Below are positions 49,180 through 57,703 of a stretch of DNA of 64,000 bases, piece after piece. Made by a program: the position numbers and the translations under genes. Position 1 is the stretch's first letter. Each line of letters starts with the position of its first letter. This DNA comes from Eubacteriales bacterium. GTDB taxonomy: Bacteria; Bacillota; Clostridia; Oscillospirales; CAG-272. The DNA lies in contig JAZRLQ010000012.1 of assembly GCA_045646925.1 (NCBI GenBank), forward strand, positions 1,110 to 65,109, given 5' to 3'. Under the pieces are notes generated by a model. The model was not told the DNA's origin. It did no database searches and saw nothing but the letters and a program-made list of their open reading frames with translations.

Positions 49180-51609
49180 TTATTTCTGCACGTCGTAAAC
49201 GGAAAGGATCGTCGGCATTTCCGAGAAGATCGCATCCTTATCACCGTTCAGAAGAATGGACACTGTGCCATCTGTAATATCGAAGAAATTCTCATCCGGC
49301 TCGACGGCGGCATTCTCCCACTCGATCATGACGTTCTTCGCGTAGCGGGAAGCCTTCAGTTCGAGATAGTACGCGCCGTTTTCTTCGCGAACGGATGCAA
49401 TGATCTCGGGAGCCTCGAAGCGATAATCACACGGCTTCACATAGATCTTGCTATCGCGCGTAACGGTGACGCCGTCCTTTTCCAATACGTATTCGAGAAA
49501 CGATCGGCTCGGATCGCCGTCGATCGTTTCGGAGATGTTCGCAGGAAGAACGATATCCTTCGAGGAAAGCTCGGGAACGCAAACATCGGTTTCAAAGGAA
49601 GCGACCGTTTCCATACGGTTATTCTTGACGTTGGCGCGCACCTTGCCCTCGAAGCCACCCAGCGTTTCGTTGGAGATATTAACGATCTTTTCATCTCCGT
49701 CCTCGTGGAGAGAGATGAGCACAGGCGCAAAGAAGCCTCTCGCCTTATGATGAAGCGCTTTCCATCTGCCGTAATAGTCCACGGAAGCCCACGAAACGAC
49801 GGGCCAGCAATCGTTGAGCTGCCAATAGAGCGCGCCCATACAGCGGCCTCGGAAGCGGCGGAAATGCTCCACGCCGTAACGGATGGCATCCGCCTGCAGG
49901 ATCTGCGACAGGTAAACGAAGTGCGCGAAGTCCTCGGGGATCTTATAGTAATCCTTAACGTAGCTCATGATCTTTTCGTTTCCGCTATGGCACTTCTGAT
50001 GGGAGTGCATAACATCGGAATCGATCCTCATATCCTCGGGCCCCGCGAAGCTTTTCAGTGTCTTCATCATTGGGAAAGCCTCGAAGCCGAACTCCGAGCA
50101 ATAGCGGAAATAGTGCTTGCGGTATTCCTCGAACGGAACGCCGCCGTGCCATACCTGCCAATAATGTACGTCACCCACGTTTTCGTTACGGGGATCATCA
50201 AATCCGCCGTGAGAAGAGGGAGACGCGGGCCAGTAGAAGATATCGGGTGCGTATTCGGCGCAGATCTCAGGCAAAATTTTTTCGTAAAGAAGCAGATAGT
50301 CGTCAACGACCTTCTGCGTTTTGGACGGACGGCAGGAGCTCCAGTACATCAGCGCCTCCTCCATCTCGTTGTTTCCGCAAAGCAGACCTATGCAGGCGTG
50401 ATGGCGGATACGCTTCAGAACGTCAACGAATTCCGCCTTGACGTTCGCCGTGAATTCCTCGCTCATCAGCACGTTCATGCAGGCAAACATGAAATCCTGC
50501 CATACGACAAGACCGTATTTGTCGCAAAGCTCATAGAAGTAATCGTCAGGATAGAAGCCGCCGCCCCATACGCGCAGCGAATTGTAATTTGCCTTCACAC
50601 AGTCGCGGATCAGCTTTTCCGTACGTTCGGGAGAGCGCCACGAGAGAATACTGTCCTCAGGGATATAGTCTGCGCCCATCGCAAAGAACTTCTTTCCGTT
50701 GACGACGTGGCAGAACTCCTCACCGTATTCGTCCTTTTCCGTGCTGACAGTCAGTGTACGCAAGCCGATGGTTCTGGTGATCGCGTGCGCATCTTCTCCG
50801 TTTCTGCAAACGCGGAAATCCATACGATACAAGGGCTGATCGCCGAGACCGTTTGGCCACCAAAGCTTCGGATCTTCCACCGTGATCTCCGTTTTTCCGG
50901 CGAGATCGAGCGCGTATTCCGCGGAATTACCGTCGGGATCGGTCATCGTGACGAAAAGCGCATCGCCCGCCTCCGCGTCCGTCAGAACAGCGCCGACGGA
51001 AAGGCACACTTTTCCGTTTTCGTGGATCTGTCGGATCTCCACGGATTCCACGCGCACGTCGTACGCCTCGATCGCGGTATCGCGGTAAAGTCCCATATCG
51101 GGAAGAATAGGGCCCCAGTCCCAACCGAACATACAGGAGGACTTACGAATATGCCCGATGCCGCCCAGCGTATAGCCGACGTTTGCGGAAAAGAGGAAAT
51201 GCTCCTTATTCTTACGCGCAACGTACTCCGAGGGGGAATAGAAATGGAGTCTCACCGTATTTTCCCCAAGCCTTGCCACACTCTTGATATCAACGCGCCA
51301 GCTCTTATGCATATTGTAAGCATAAAGCACGTGCTGATCGTTGACGTAAACGTCACAAAGCGTGTCCAAGCCGTAAAAAGCAAGGTCGATATGCTTTTTC
51401 GAAAGCATTTCGGGTGTCAGCGCGAAGGTCGCCGTCATCTCGCAATCCTTTTCGGAAAGAACGGTCGCCGCTTTTTCGTTCAAGCCCTCGTACGGGTGCG
51501 CCATCTTTTTATAATCCATAAGAACGGAATATAGTGAGCAGGGCGCCTCGCAGGCGTAGCTTTCGTTTTCGTAATGCAGATCCCATCGGGAAATCTTATT
51601 GGTAATCAC
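49180..51609 (-). CDS. GH2-family beta-mannosidase-like glycoside hydrolase
   Basis: About 809 aa. LCGNNEMEE (acid/base NE) and YCSEFGFEAFP (nucleophile Glu) are present in a GH2 beta-mannosidase-type architecture. I prefer the GTG at 51609, 9 nt after AAGGAGAG, over the track start at 51618. Confidence 0.82.
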   Translation of the reverse strand: MITNKISRWDLHYENESYACEAPCSLYSVLMDYKKMAHPYEGLNEKAATVLSEKDCEMTATFALTPEMLSKKHIDLAFYGLDTLCDVYVNDQHVLYAYNMHKSWRVDIKSVARLGENTVRLHFYSPSEYVARKNKEHFLFSANVGYTLGGIGHIRKSSCMFGWDWGPILPDMGLYRDTAIEAYDVRVESVEIRQIHENGKVCLSVGAVLTDAEAGDALFVTMTDPDGNSAEYALDLAGKTEITVEDPKLWWPNGLGDQPLYRMDFRVCRNGEDAHAITRTIGLRTLTVSTEKDEYGEEFCHVVNGKKFFAMGADYIPEDSILSWRSPERTEKLIRDCVKANYNSLRVWGGGFYPDDYFYELCDKYGLVVWQDFMFACMNVLMSEEFTANVKAEFVDVLKRIRHHACIGLLCGNNEMEEALMYWSSCRPSKTQKVVDDYLLLYEKILPEICAEYAPDIFYWPASPSSHGGFDDPRNENVGDVHYWQVWHGGVPFEEYRKHYFRYCSEFGFEAFPMMKTLKSFAGPEDMRIDSDVMHSHQKCHSGNEKIMSYVKDYYKIPEDFAHFVYLSQILQADAIRYGVEHFRRFRGRCMGALYWQLNDCWPVVSWASVDYYGRWKALHHKARGFFAPVLISLHEDGDEKIVNISNETLGGFEGKVRANVKNNRMETVASFETDVCVPELSSKDIVLPANISETIDGDPSRSFLEYVLEKDGVTVTRDSKIYVKPCDYRFEAPEIIASVREENGAYYLELKASRYAKNVMIEWENAAVEPDENFFDITDGTVSILLNGDKDAIFSEMPTILSVYDVQK

Positions 51610-51750
51610 AAAAAACACTCTCCTTTACGTCTTTCATTATATTTCAATATCAGTATACCATAAACGTGAAAAAAATCAAGTGCGATATTGTGCCGTAACT
51701 GATTTTGTGATATAATGAAAACACTGACTTGCTTATGAAAGAGGCTTTTT

Positions 51751-52641
51751 ATGGGACTCATTTTTGATATACAGAAATTTTGCATACACGACGGACCGGG
51801 CATACGAACCACGGTCTTTTTCAAGGGATGCCCGCTCCGTTGCGAATGGTGCCACAATCCCGAATCCAAACGAGCAAAAAAAGAATTGATCTACAACCCT
51901 CATAGCTGCGTGGGATGTGGCGCTTGCGCCGAGGTCTGTTCTGCCGAAGCGCACATACTGACGCCCATGCACACGGTAGACCGCTCCGTCTGCACCGCGT
52001 GCGGCAAATGCGCCGACGTCTGCCCAACACAAGCGCTTTCGATCGCGGGCAAGGAAATGAGCGCGGACGAGGTCATGCGCGAGGTTCTGCGTGATCGCGC
52101 TTTCTACGAGACCTCCGGAGGCGGACTTACGCTCTCGGGCGGAGAGCTCTTCCTTCAATTCGACTTTGCGCTGGAGCTACTGAAAAGCGCTCGTGAAAAC
52201 GGCTTGCATACCTGTGTGGAAACCTGCGGCTTTACGGAAAAAGAAAAGCTTCTGCGTATCGCCGCATTCACCGACCTCTTTCTTTACGATTGGAAATGCA
52301 CCGATCCCGCGCTTCACAAGCGGTATACGGGCGTCGGCAACCATGAGATCCTCGAAAATCTCCGCGCCTTGAACGATATCGGTGCCTCCGTCGTTCTGCG
52401 TTGTCCGATCGTTCCCGGAGTCAATGACACCGAAGCGCATTTTGACGGTATTGCTTCTCTCGCGGAAACGCTCCCCTGCATTACCGCCGTGGAGCTCGAG
52501 CCTTATCACGCGCTCGGCACAGATAAAGCCGTCCGACTCGGCGCAGAGGTGAAACGCTTCCCCACCCCTTTGCCAAACGAGATCGAGGAATGGCTCGAAG
52601 CGCTGAGAGGAAAAATCTCCGTTCCCGTCAGAAGATCGTAA
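51751..52641 (+). CDS. glycyl-radical-enzyme activating protein (radical SAM, with ferredoxin-like insert)
   Basis: 296 aa. FDIQKFCIHDGPGIRTTVFFKGCPLRCEWCHNPE is the CxxxCxxC radical SAM site. CVGCGACAEVC and CTACGKCADVCP are auxiliary clusters. Confidence 0.9.
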   Translation: MGLIFDIQKFCIHDGPGIRTTVFFKGCPLRCEWCHNPESKRAKKELIYNPHSCVGCGACAEVCSAEAHILTPMHTVDRSVCTACGKCADVCPTQALSIAGKEMSADEVMREVLRDRAFYETSGGGLTLSGGELFLQFDFALELLKSARENGLHTCVETCGFTEKEKLLRIAAFTDLFLYDWKCTDPALHKRYTGVGNHEILENLRALNDIGASVVLRCPIVPGVNDTEAHFDGIASLAETLPCITAVELEPYHALGTDKAVRLGAEVKRFPTPLPNEIEEWLEALRGKISVPVRRS

Positions 52642-52752
52642 CGGCAGCCCGACTCGTTTCTGCACCGTCAATAGCGATAGGATGATCGTTTTTTGATCAT
52701 TCCGAAAAAAGCGTTTCCAAATAAATTCACAAACTTTTTTTGCGTTTTCCCC

Positions 52753-52781
52753 TTGCAAGAGCGCGAGAGATTGTGTATAAT
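52753..52781 (+). promoter_or_regulatory. sigmaA promoter of the Ppx/GppA-family gene
   Basis: TTGCAA (52753-52758), a 17-nt spacer, then TATAAT (52776-52781). Confidence 0.6.
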
Positions 52782-52823
52782 AAATTTCGTAAATTCATAA
52801 AACGAAGCAAAGGGGGGATATAC

Positions 52824-53789
52824 TTGCTGAATTTTGAAGAAAGAATCGTCAAATACGCCATCGTCGATATCGGCGCGAACAGCATTCGCATGAATATTTA
52901 CGATATCGATACGCAAACGGGTGAATTTACCGTATGCGCATCCGCGCGCAGTCTGCTCGGACTCGCTGCTTACGCAAAAAACGGAACGCTCACCAACGAC
53001 GGCGTCGGCAAATTATTTGCCGTTCTCCGAGAATTTCTGGCGAGAGCAAACAGTATCCCTTGCGATCGGTTCTCCGCATTCGCAACCGCTTCTCTGCGCG
53101 GCCTTTCCAACAGCAAAAGGATCCTGCGCGAGATCAAATCGGGACTTGGCATCGACATCGAGATCATCAGTGGCGAAGCGGAGGCGGGCTACGATCACGC
53201 AGCGATCCGTTATCGTTTCCCCGAAACCGAAAAGGGCATTCTCATCGATATGGGCGGCGGCAGCACGGAGATCGTTCACTTCGACGGCGACCGCGTTGCA
53301 AACGCAGTTAGCCTCCCCATCGGATGCGTCATGCTCGGCAAGAACTTCACCTCCTGCACGAAAAAGGATCCTTTCCCCACCGAAGCGGAAATGGAAAAGA
53401 TCCGTGCGTACGTAAAAACGATCCTCGGCGCTTACCCCGTCTTCCACGGGCTCGGCGGCACCGCCTTTCTGATCGGCGGTACGGCACGCGCGGCGGCAAA
53501 GCTTTCCCTCTCTGAAAACGAAAATCTGTATGACGGCTATCGCTTCACATCCGAAAAGCTGAAAAAAACGTCGGACACCGCTTTCTGCGATATCCGCGAC
53601 GGAGGACAATGGCTCCGTGAGACCGTTCCCGACAGAATCACCTCCGTCATTCCCGGTCTCGTCGCCTATCTCGAAATCTGCGAATACATGGCGCTCTCCG
53701 ATTTCATCATCAGCAACGCAGGCGTACGAGAAGGTTATCTGATCGACTTTATTCAGAAAAATTTTCTCCGAAAAACTCAAGGATCTTGA
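52824..53789 (+). CDS. Ppx/GppA-family phosphatase (exopolyphosphatase-like, single N-terminal ASKHA module)
   Basis: About 321 aa from the TTG at 52824 (RBS AAAGGGGGG). YAIVDIGANSIRMNIYD and IDMGGGSTEIV are the actin-like ATPase motifs. Confidence 0.78.
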   Translation: MLNFEERIVKYAIVDIGANSIRMNIYDIDTQTGEFTVCASARSLLGLAAYAKNGTLTNDGVGKLFAVLREFLARANSIPCDRFSAFATASLRGLSNSKRILREIKSGLGIDIEIISGEAEAGYDHAAIRYRFPETEKGILIDMGGGSTEIVHFDGDRVANAVSLPIGCVMLGKNFTSCTKKDPFPTEAEMEKIRAYVKTILGAYPVFHGLGGTAFLIGGTARAAAKLSLSENENLYDGYRFTSEKLKKTSDTAFCDIRDGGQWLRETVPDRITSVIPGLVAYLEICEYMALSDFIISNAGVREGYLIDFIQKNFLRKTQGS

Positions 53790-54345
53790 ATTTCAGTTTA
53801 TATTTCGGGTGTTCACCGCCCGTGAGCACGCCGATCTGATCGGAGGTAAAGCCCGTTTTCACCAAAGCCTCCTCCGTTTTCGCGGCGCTCGTGCAAAGCG
53901 TTGGGAAAAGAACGCACCACCAGTTTTTTCCGTCGGCGTCCCCGAGTCTGATCTGCAAGGACTGATATACTCCCGCCGGCAGACTGATATTTTCATAATG
54001 GCGGGTGGGATATTTCTCCTGTTTGAAATACACCTCTGCCGTCATTTCCTCTCCGAGTGTCTCCAACGTTTCATTGCACGCCGCGCGTAAGTTATCCAAA
54101 TTTTTCTCTATGATCTCCATGGCTTCTTCGTGCGTTTGCGCGTCCTTCAGAAGCACGTTCAGCTCCGAAAGAACTCTGTCGCGCACAAGGAGCTTCACGC
54201 TCTGATCGTGTTCGGTATCGGAATTTGCGATCACGTGCAGACGCACCGTGTTTTCATAGATCTCCATATCCTCCTTCGAGGGAACGAATCCGCAGAAGAG
54301 GCAGCAGGCAAGCATAGATGCCGTAAAAATAACCAAATATTTCAT
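53749..54345 (-). CDS. spoIIR: stage II sporulation protein R
   Basis: 198 aa. A signal/TM segment is followed by VRLHVIANSDTEHDQSVKLLVRDRVL and GKNWWCVLFPTLC. Confidence 0.9.
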   Translation of the reverse strand: MKYLVIFTASMLACCLFCGFVPSKEDMEIYENTVRLHVIANSDTEHDQSVKLLVRDRVLSELNVLLKDAQTHEEAMEIIEKNLDNLRAACNETLETLGEEMTAEVYFKQEKYPTRHYENISLPAGVYQSLQIRLGDADGKNWWCVLFPTLCTSAAKTEEALVKTGFTSDQIGVLTGGEHPKYKLKFKILEFFGENFSE

Positions 54346-54495
54346 GATGAATCCTTTCTTTTTCCGATATGTAGTTTCGTTTCGGATATCATGAGTATGT
54401 CCGTTTTTGAAATCATTATTCAGAAAACAGAAAAAAGAGCAAGAACAAAAGGAAATCCTTTCATTCTTGCTCTTTCTACGCTTTTTTCATATCCG

Positions 54496-55098
54496 TCAAT
54501 CGAAAAGACAAAGAGCGAAATCCTTGACTCTCGCGAGGACCTCTCTGCAATCTCGGTAAAACTGTCCGGAATAAATATCGAGATCGGCAGAAGCGCCCTT
54601 GACGTTCATCCCCATGTCCTTTGCGATATACATCGCGCGGTACAAATGGTATTTTTGTGTCACGGCAACGATGTTTTCTATACCGTAAACGTCTTTTGCT
54701 CTCTGCATCGTCTCGTAGGTGGAATATCCCTGCGGATCCTCCACGATATCCTCCTCGCGCACGCCGTTTTCGAGTGCGTAAAGCTTCATATGCTTGACCT
54801 CGCTCCACTCGCCGTTTCCGTCACCCGAAAGAAGAAGCTTCTTCACCTTTCCGTCCGTATACAAGGCGATCGCCGTATCCATGCGGTCGCGGAGCATATC
54901 GGAAAGTCGGCCTCCCTCGTGTACCTTCGCGCCGAGAACGACCGCGCAAGCCTCCGAGGGATCCGAAAAATCCTCTCCGATGTCACCATAGACCGAAACG
55001 ATCATGAATATATTGACCGAAAGGGTGACGATCAGCGCACATAATGTAATCGCAATGGGTATGACGATCCCAAGAAACCGTCTTTGAAAAGGTCTCAT
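54496..55098 (-). CDS. SanA/YdcF (DUF218) family membrane-anchored protein
   Basis: 200 aa. An N-terminal TM is followed by AVVLGAKV...LSDMLRDRMDTAIALY...LLLSGDG...VTQKYHLYRA. The start overlaps the mgsA stop (ATGA). Confidence 0.8.
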   Translation of the reverse strand: MRPFQRRFLGIVIPIAITLCALIVTLSVNIFMIVSVYGDIGEDFSDPSEACAVVLGAKVHEGGRLSDMLRDRMDTAIALYTDGKVKKLLLSGDGNGEWSEVKHMKLYALENGVREEDIVEDPQGYSTYETMQRAKDVYGIENIVAVTQKYHLYRAMYIAKDMGMNVKGASADLDIYSGQFYRDCREVLARVKDFALCLFD

Positions 55099-55583
55099 CC
55101 GTTATCCCTCCCCATCGTCGAGGCGCGCATATTGATATTGTGGCGGAAATTGATCAGCTTTCTCGTATATTCGGTCTCCATATAGGGACTCGTAATGATA
55201 AAATCCGCGGTAGATCGATTATTTGCAATCGGAATGTCGTAGACCTGCGCGATACGGAGCAACGCCTTCACGTCGGGATCGTGCGGTTGTGCCTGCAAAG
55301 GATCGGAAAAGAAGATCACAAGATCGATGTGTCCTTCCACAATGCGCGAGCCGATCTGCTGGTCGCCGCCAAGAGGACCGCTGTTATAGCCGCGGATCGG
55401 AAGACCCGTTCTGTCCGCGATCATTTTTGCCGTCGTTCCCGTTCCGCAAAGAAAATGATGCTCGAGGATCTTCTTGTTGGCAATACACCAATCGATGATC
55501 TCCTGCTTTTTGTTGTCATGCGCGATCAGCGCAATGCTTTTCTGCTTGGGCAGCGTACAAGCTACGTATTCGTTTTCAAACAT
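55095..55583 (-). CDS. mgsA: methylglyoxal synthase
   Basis: 162 aa from MFENEY (RBS AGGAGG). IALIAHDNKK, LCGTGTTAKMI, GPLGGDQQIG and PHDPDVKALLR are present. Confidence 0.93.
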   Translation of the reverse strand: MFENEYVACTLPKQKSIALIAHDNKKQEIIDWCIANKKILEHHFLCGTGTTAKMIADRTGLPIRGYNSGPLGGDQQIGSRIVEGHIDLVIFFSDPLQAQPHDPDVKALLRIAQVYDIPIANNRSTADFIITSPYMETEYTRKLINFRHNINMRASTMGRDNG

Positions 55584-55623
55584 AATATACCTCCTGTAAT
55601 GATAATAGATATGCACGGTTGTT

Positions 55624-56460
55624 TCATGAGCCGAATCTTCTCGCATAGCCGCATTTGCGGCAAAGCTCCTCGGTGGCTCTTCTTTCGGTAAAGCCCTTTC
55701 GCATGGCGACCGCACGGGGTGAAGATAAGATCGCCTCCGCCGTCGCTCCCTCGTCAAAAATATTGCCGAGTGTCACAGCGCCCTCTCTGTCGAGACAGCA
55801 AGGAATGACTCTTCCGTCGCAAAGAATACCGAAATGGTCCTTGAGTCCGTAACAGAACACCGAGTCGCCTCTGTCACAAGCCTCCATATCGGGCCACTCG
55901 AAGCGTTCTCCGTATTCCAAATGCAATTTATCGCGGATTCGGGCGCCCCTCTTTCCGAAGCTCCATTCATTCGGGAAACGCTCGTGAAGCAAAGCGACGG
56001 TATCAGTATTCCGTCCCTCGTCGTATCCCTGATTCCAAAGTCGAAGAACCGTCAGAACACCGTGGCTGCTCGCATAATCGGCAAAATCCAGACAATCTCC
56101 AATATAACGGAGATAATCCTCGTAAGCACCGCTTTCAAAGCTATGCACGGAAATATTGACCTTATAGATCCCCGCCTCCACGATCTCCCGTCCGCGTCTT
56201 GACAAAAGCGTTCCGTTGGTCGTGATCGCGGGACGATAGCCGTTCTCGTTCGCGATTCGAATAAAATCCGTCAGAAGCGGGTGCGTCAGAGGCTCACCCA
56301 TAACGTGAAAATACAAATACTTCGTCACAGACTTCAGTTTTTCCGCAACAATACGGAATTCCGCCTCGCTCATTCGTCTCGGCGCGCGCTTCGTTCCGGG
56401 GCAAAACGAGCAGTTGCGATTACATATATCGGTAATTTCTACATAAACACGTGAATACAT
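55624..56460 (-). CDS. radical SAM protein with C-terminal SPASM-like Cys cluster
   Basis: About 278 aa from MYSRVYVEITDICNRNCSFCPG (CxxxCxxC). The C-terminus has CYGLKDHFGILCDGRVIPCCLD...CRKCGY. Confidence 0.8.
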   Translation of the reverse strand: MYSRVYVEITDICNRNCSFCPGTKRAPRRMSEAEFRIVAEKLKSVTKYLYFHVMGEPLTHPLLTDFIRIANENGYRPAITTNGTLLSRRGREIVEAGIYKVNISVHSFESGAYEDYLRYIGDCLDFADYASSHGVLTVLRLWNQGYDEGRNTDTVALLHERFPNEWSFGKRGARIRDKLHLEYGERFEWPDMEACDRGDSVFCYGLKDHFGILCDGRVIPCCLDREGAVTLGNIFDEGATAEAILSSPRAVAMRKGFTERRATEELCRKCGYARRFGS

Positions 56461-56581
56461 ATTCTTCCCATTTCTTTCATTTATTAAACTTCCATACTTC
56501 AAGTATAGCATTCCGTCGCCTATTTGTCAAGAAAACGATTTCACCACACATTATTATTCTATAGTAAGAAAGGAATTCTCT

Positions 56582-57394
56582 ATGTTTGATCTTCATATCC
56601 ATACGCTCCATTCCGTCGATAGCAAGCAGACGATCGACGAGGTTTGCGAAAGCGCGATCCAAAAGGGCTTGCAAGGCATCGCCATCTGCGACCACGTCGA
56701 TATGTGGTTTTCTCAAAAACTGAACACACCCGCGGCGATCCGCGATTGCGTGGAGGACGTTCGCCGCGCTCGTGCAGCATACGGTGATCGTCTGGAGATC
56801 CTGCAAGGCGTGGAAATGGCGGAATATCTCTACGATTCCGAAAACGCCGATCGTATCCTCGGGCTCGGTGAACTCGACGTCATCCTCGGCTCCGTCCATA
56901 GTGTCGCCTTCGAAGAGATCGACGATAGCTACTCTCGCATAGATTTTTCGTCCATGCCCGAAGAAAAGATTGTCCGCTTCATGAAAAAATACTTCTTCCA
57001 TATCTCCGAAATGATCGAAAAAACGGATTTCGACGTGCTTTCCCATTTGACCTGCCCCTTGCGCTACATCAACGGAAAATATAACAGAAGCATCGACGTT
57101 CAGATCTTCGAAAAGGAGATTCTCGATATCTTCAGAACCATTATTGAAAAGGATATTCCCCTCGAGATCAACACCTCGGGAATCGGCTCCTTCTATAGCT
57201 GCTATATGCCGGATACCAACCTGATCCGCAAATATCAAAGCATGGGCGGCAAGCTCATCACCCTCGCATCCGATGCTCACGTGCCGCAAAACGTCGGAAA
57301 TGCATTCCCCGAAACGAAGACCTTGCTTCAAGATCTTGGGTTTGACAGCTACTGCGTCTTCCGCAAAAGAAAGCTTTGTCAGCAAGGTTTTTAA
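56582..57394 (+). CDS. PHP-domain histidinol-phosphatase (HisJ) family protein
   Basis: 270 aa. MFDLHIHTLHSVDS, ICDHVD, GSVH and ASDAH are the PHP metal ligands. Confidence 0.85.
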   Translation: MFDLHIHTLHSVDSKQTIDEVCESAIQKGLQGIAICDHVDMWFSQKLNTPAAIRDCVEDVRRARAAYGDRLEILQGVEMAEYLYDSENADRILGLGELDVILGSVHSVAFEEIDDSYSRIDFSSMPEEKIVRFMKKYFFHISEMIEKTDFDVLSHLTCPLRYINGKYNRSIDVQIFEKEILDIFRTIIEKDIPLEINTSGIGSFYSCYMPDTNLIRKYQSMGGKLITLASDAHVPQNVGNAFPETKTLLQDLGFDSYCVFRKRKLCQQGF

Positions 57395-57512
57395 ATCATT
57401 TTGTCGAAAAAAATGATTTAAAAATGAACAAATAAGACAAAGAAAATGACTGTCAATATTGCCCCGAAAAATCACCGTATATCTTTTGTTTCTATACGAT
57501 ACATAATTTCTA

Positions 57513-57528
57513 CCACAACATATAGTGT
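57513..57528 (+). promoter_or_regulatory. NrdR box 1
   Basis: CCACAACATATAGTGT fits the 16-bp NrdR palindrome (acaCwAtATaTwGtgt). It lies 31 nt upstream of box 2. Confidence 0.7.
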
Positions 57529-57534
57529 AATCGG

Positions 57535-57563
57535 TTGACTTTCACACAATATATTGTTATAAT
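57535..57563 (+). promoter_or_regulatory. sigmaA promoter of nrdDG
   Basis: TTGACT (57535-57540), a 17-nt spacer, then TATAAT (57558-57563). The promoter is bracketed and overlapped by the two NrdR boxes. Confidence 0.7.
57544..57559 (+). promoter_or_regulatory. NrdR box 2
   Basis: ACACAATATATTGTTA. The 31-nt phasing with box 1 is typical of tandem NrdR operators. Confidence 0.7.
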
Positions 57564-57703
57564 AAGAGAACCTAGCAGTGTTTTTGCAAAAAATACTGCT
57601 TATTTTCAAACGATCACGGACACATCCGACATCCAATTGATAAACAGATTACCAAACACATATTCTATATTTATTATAGAAAATAAAACAAGGAGGCGCT
57701 CTA

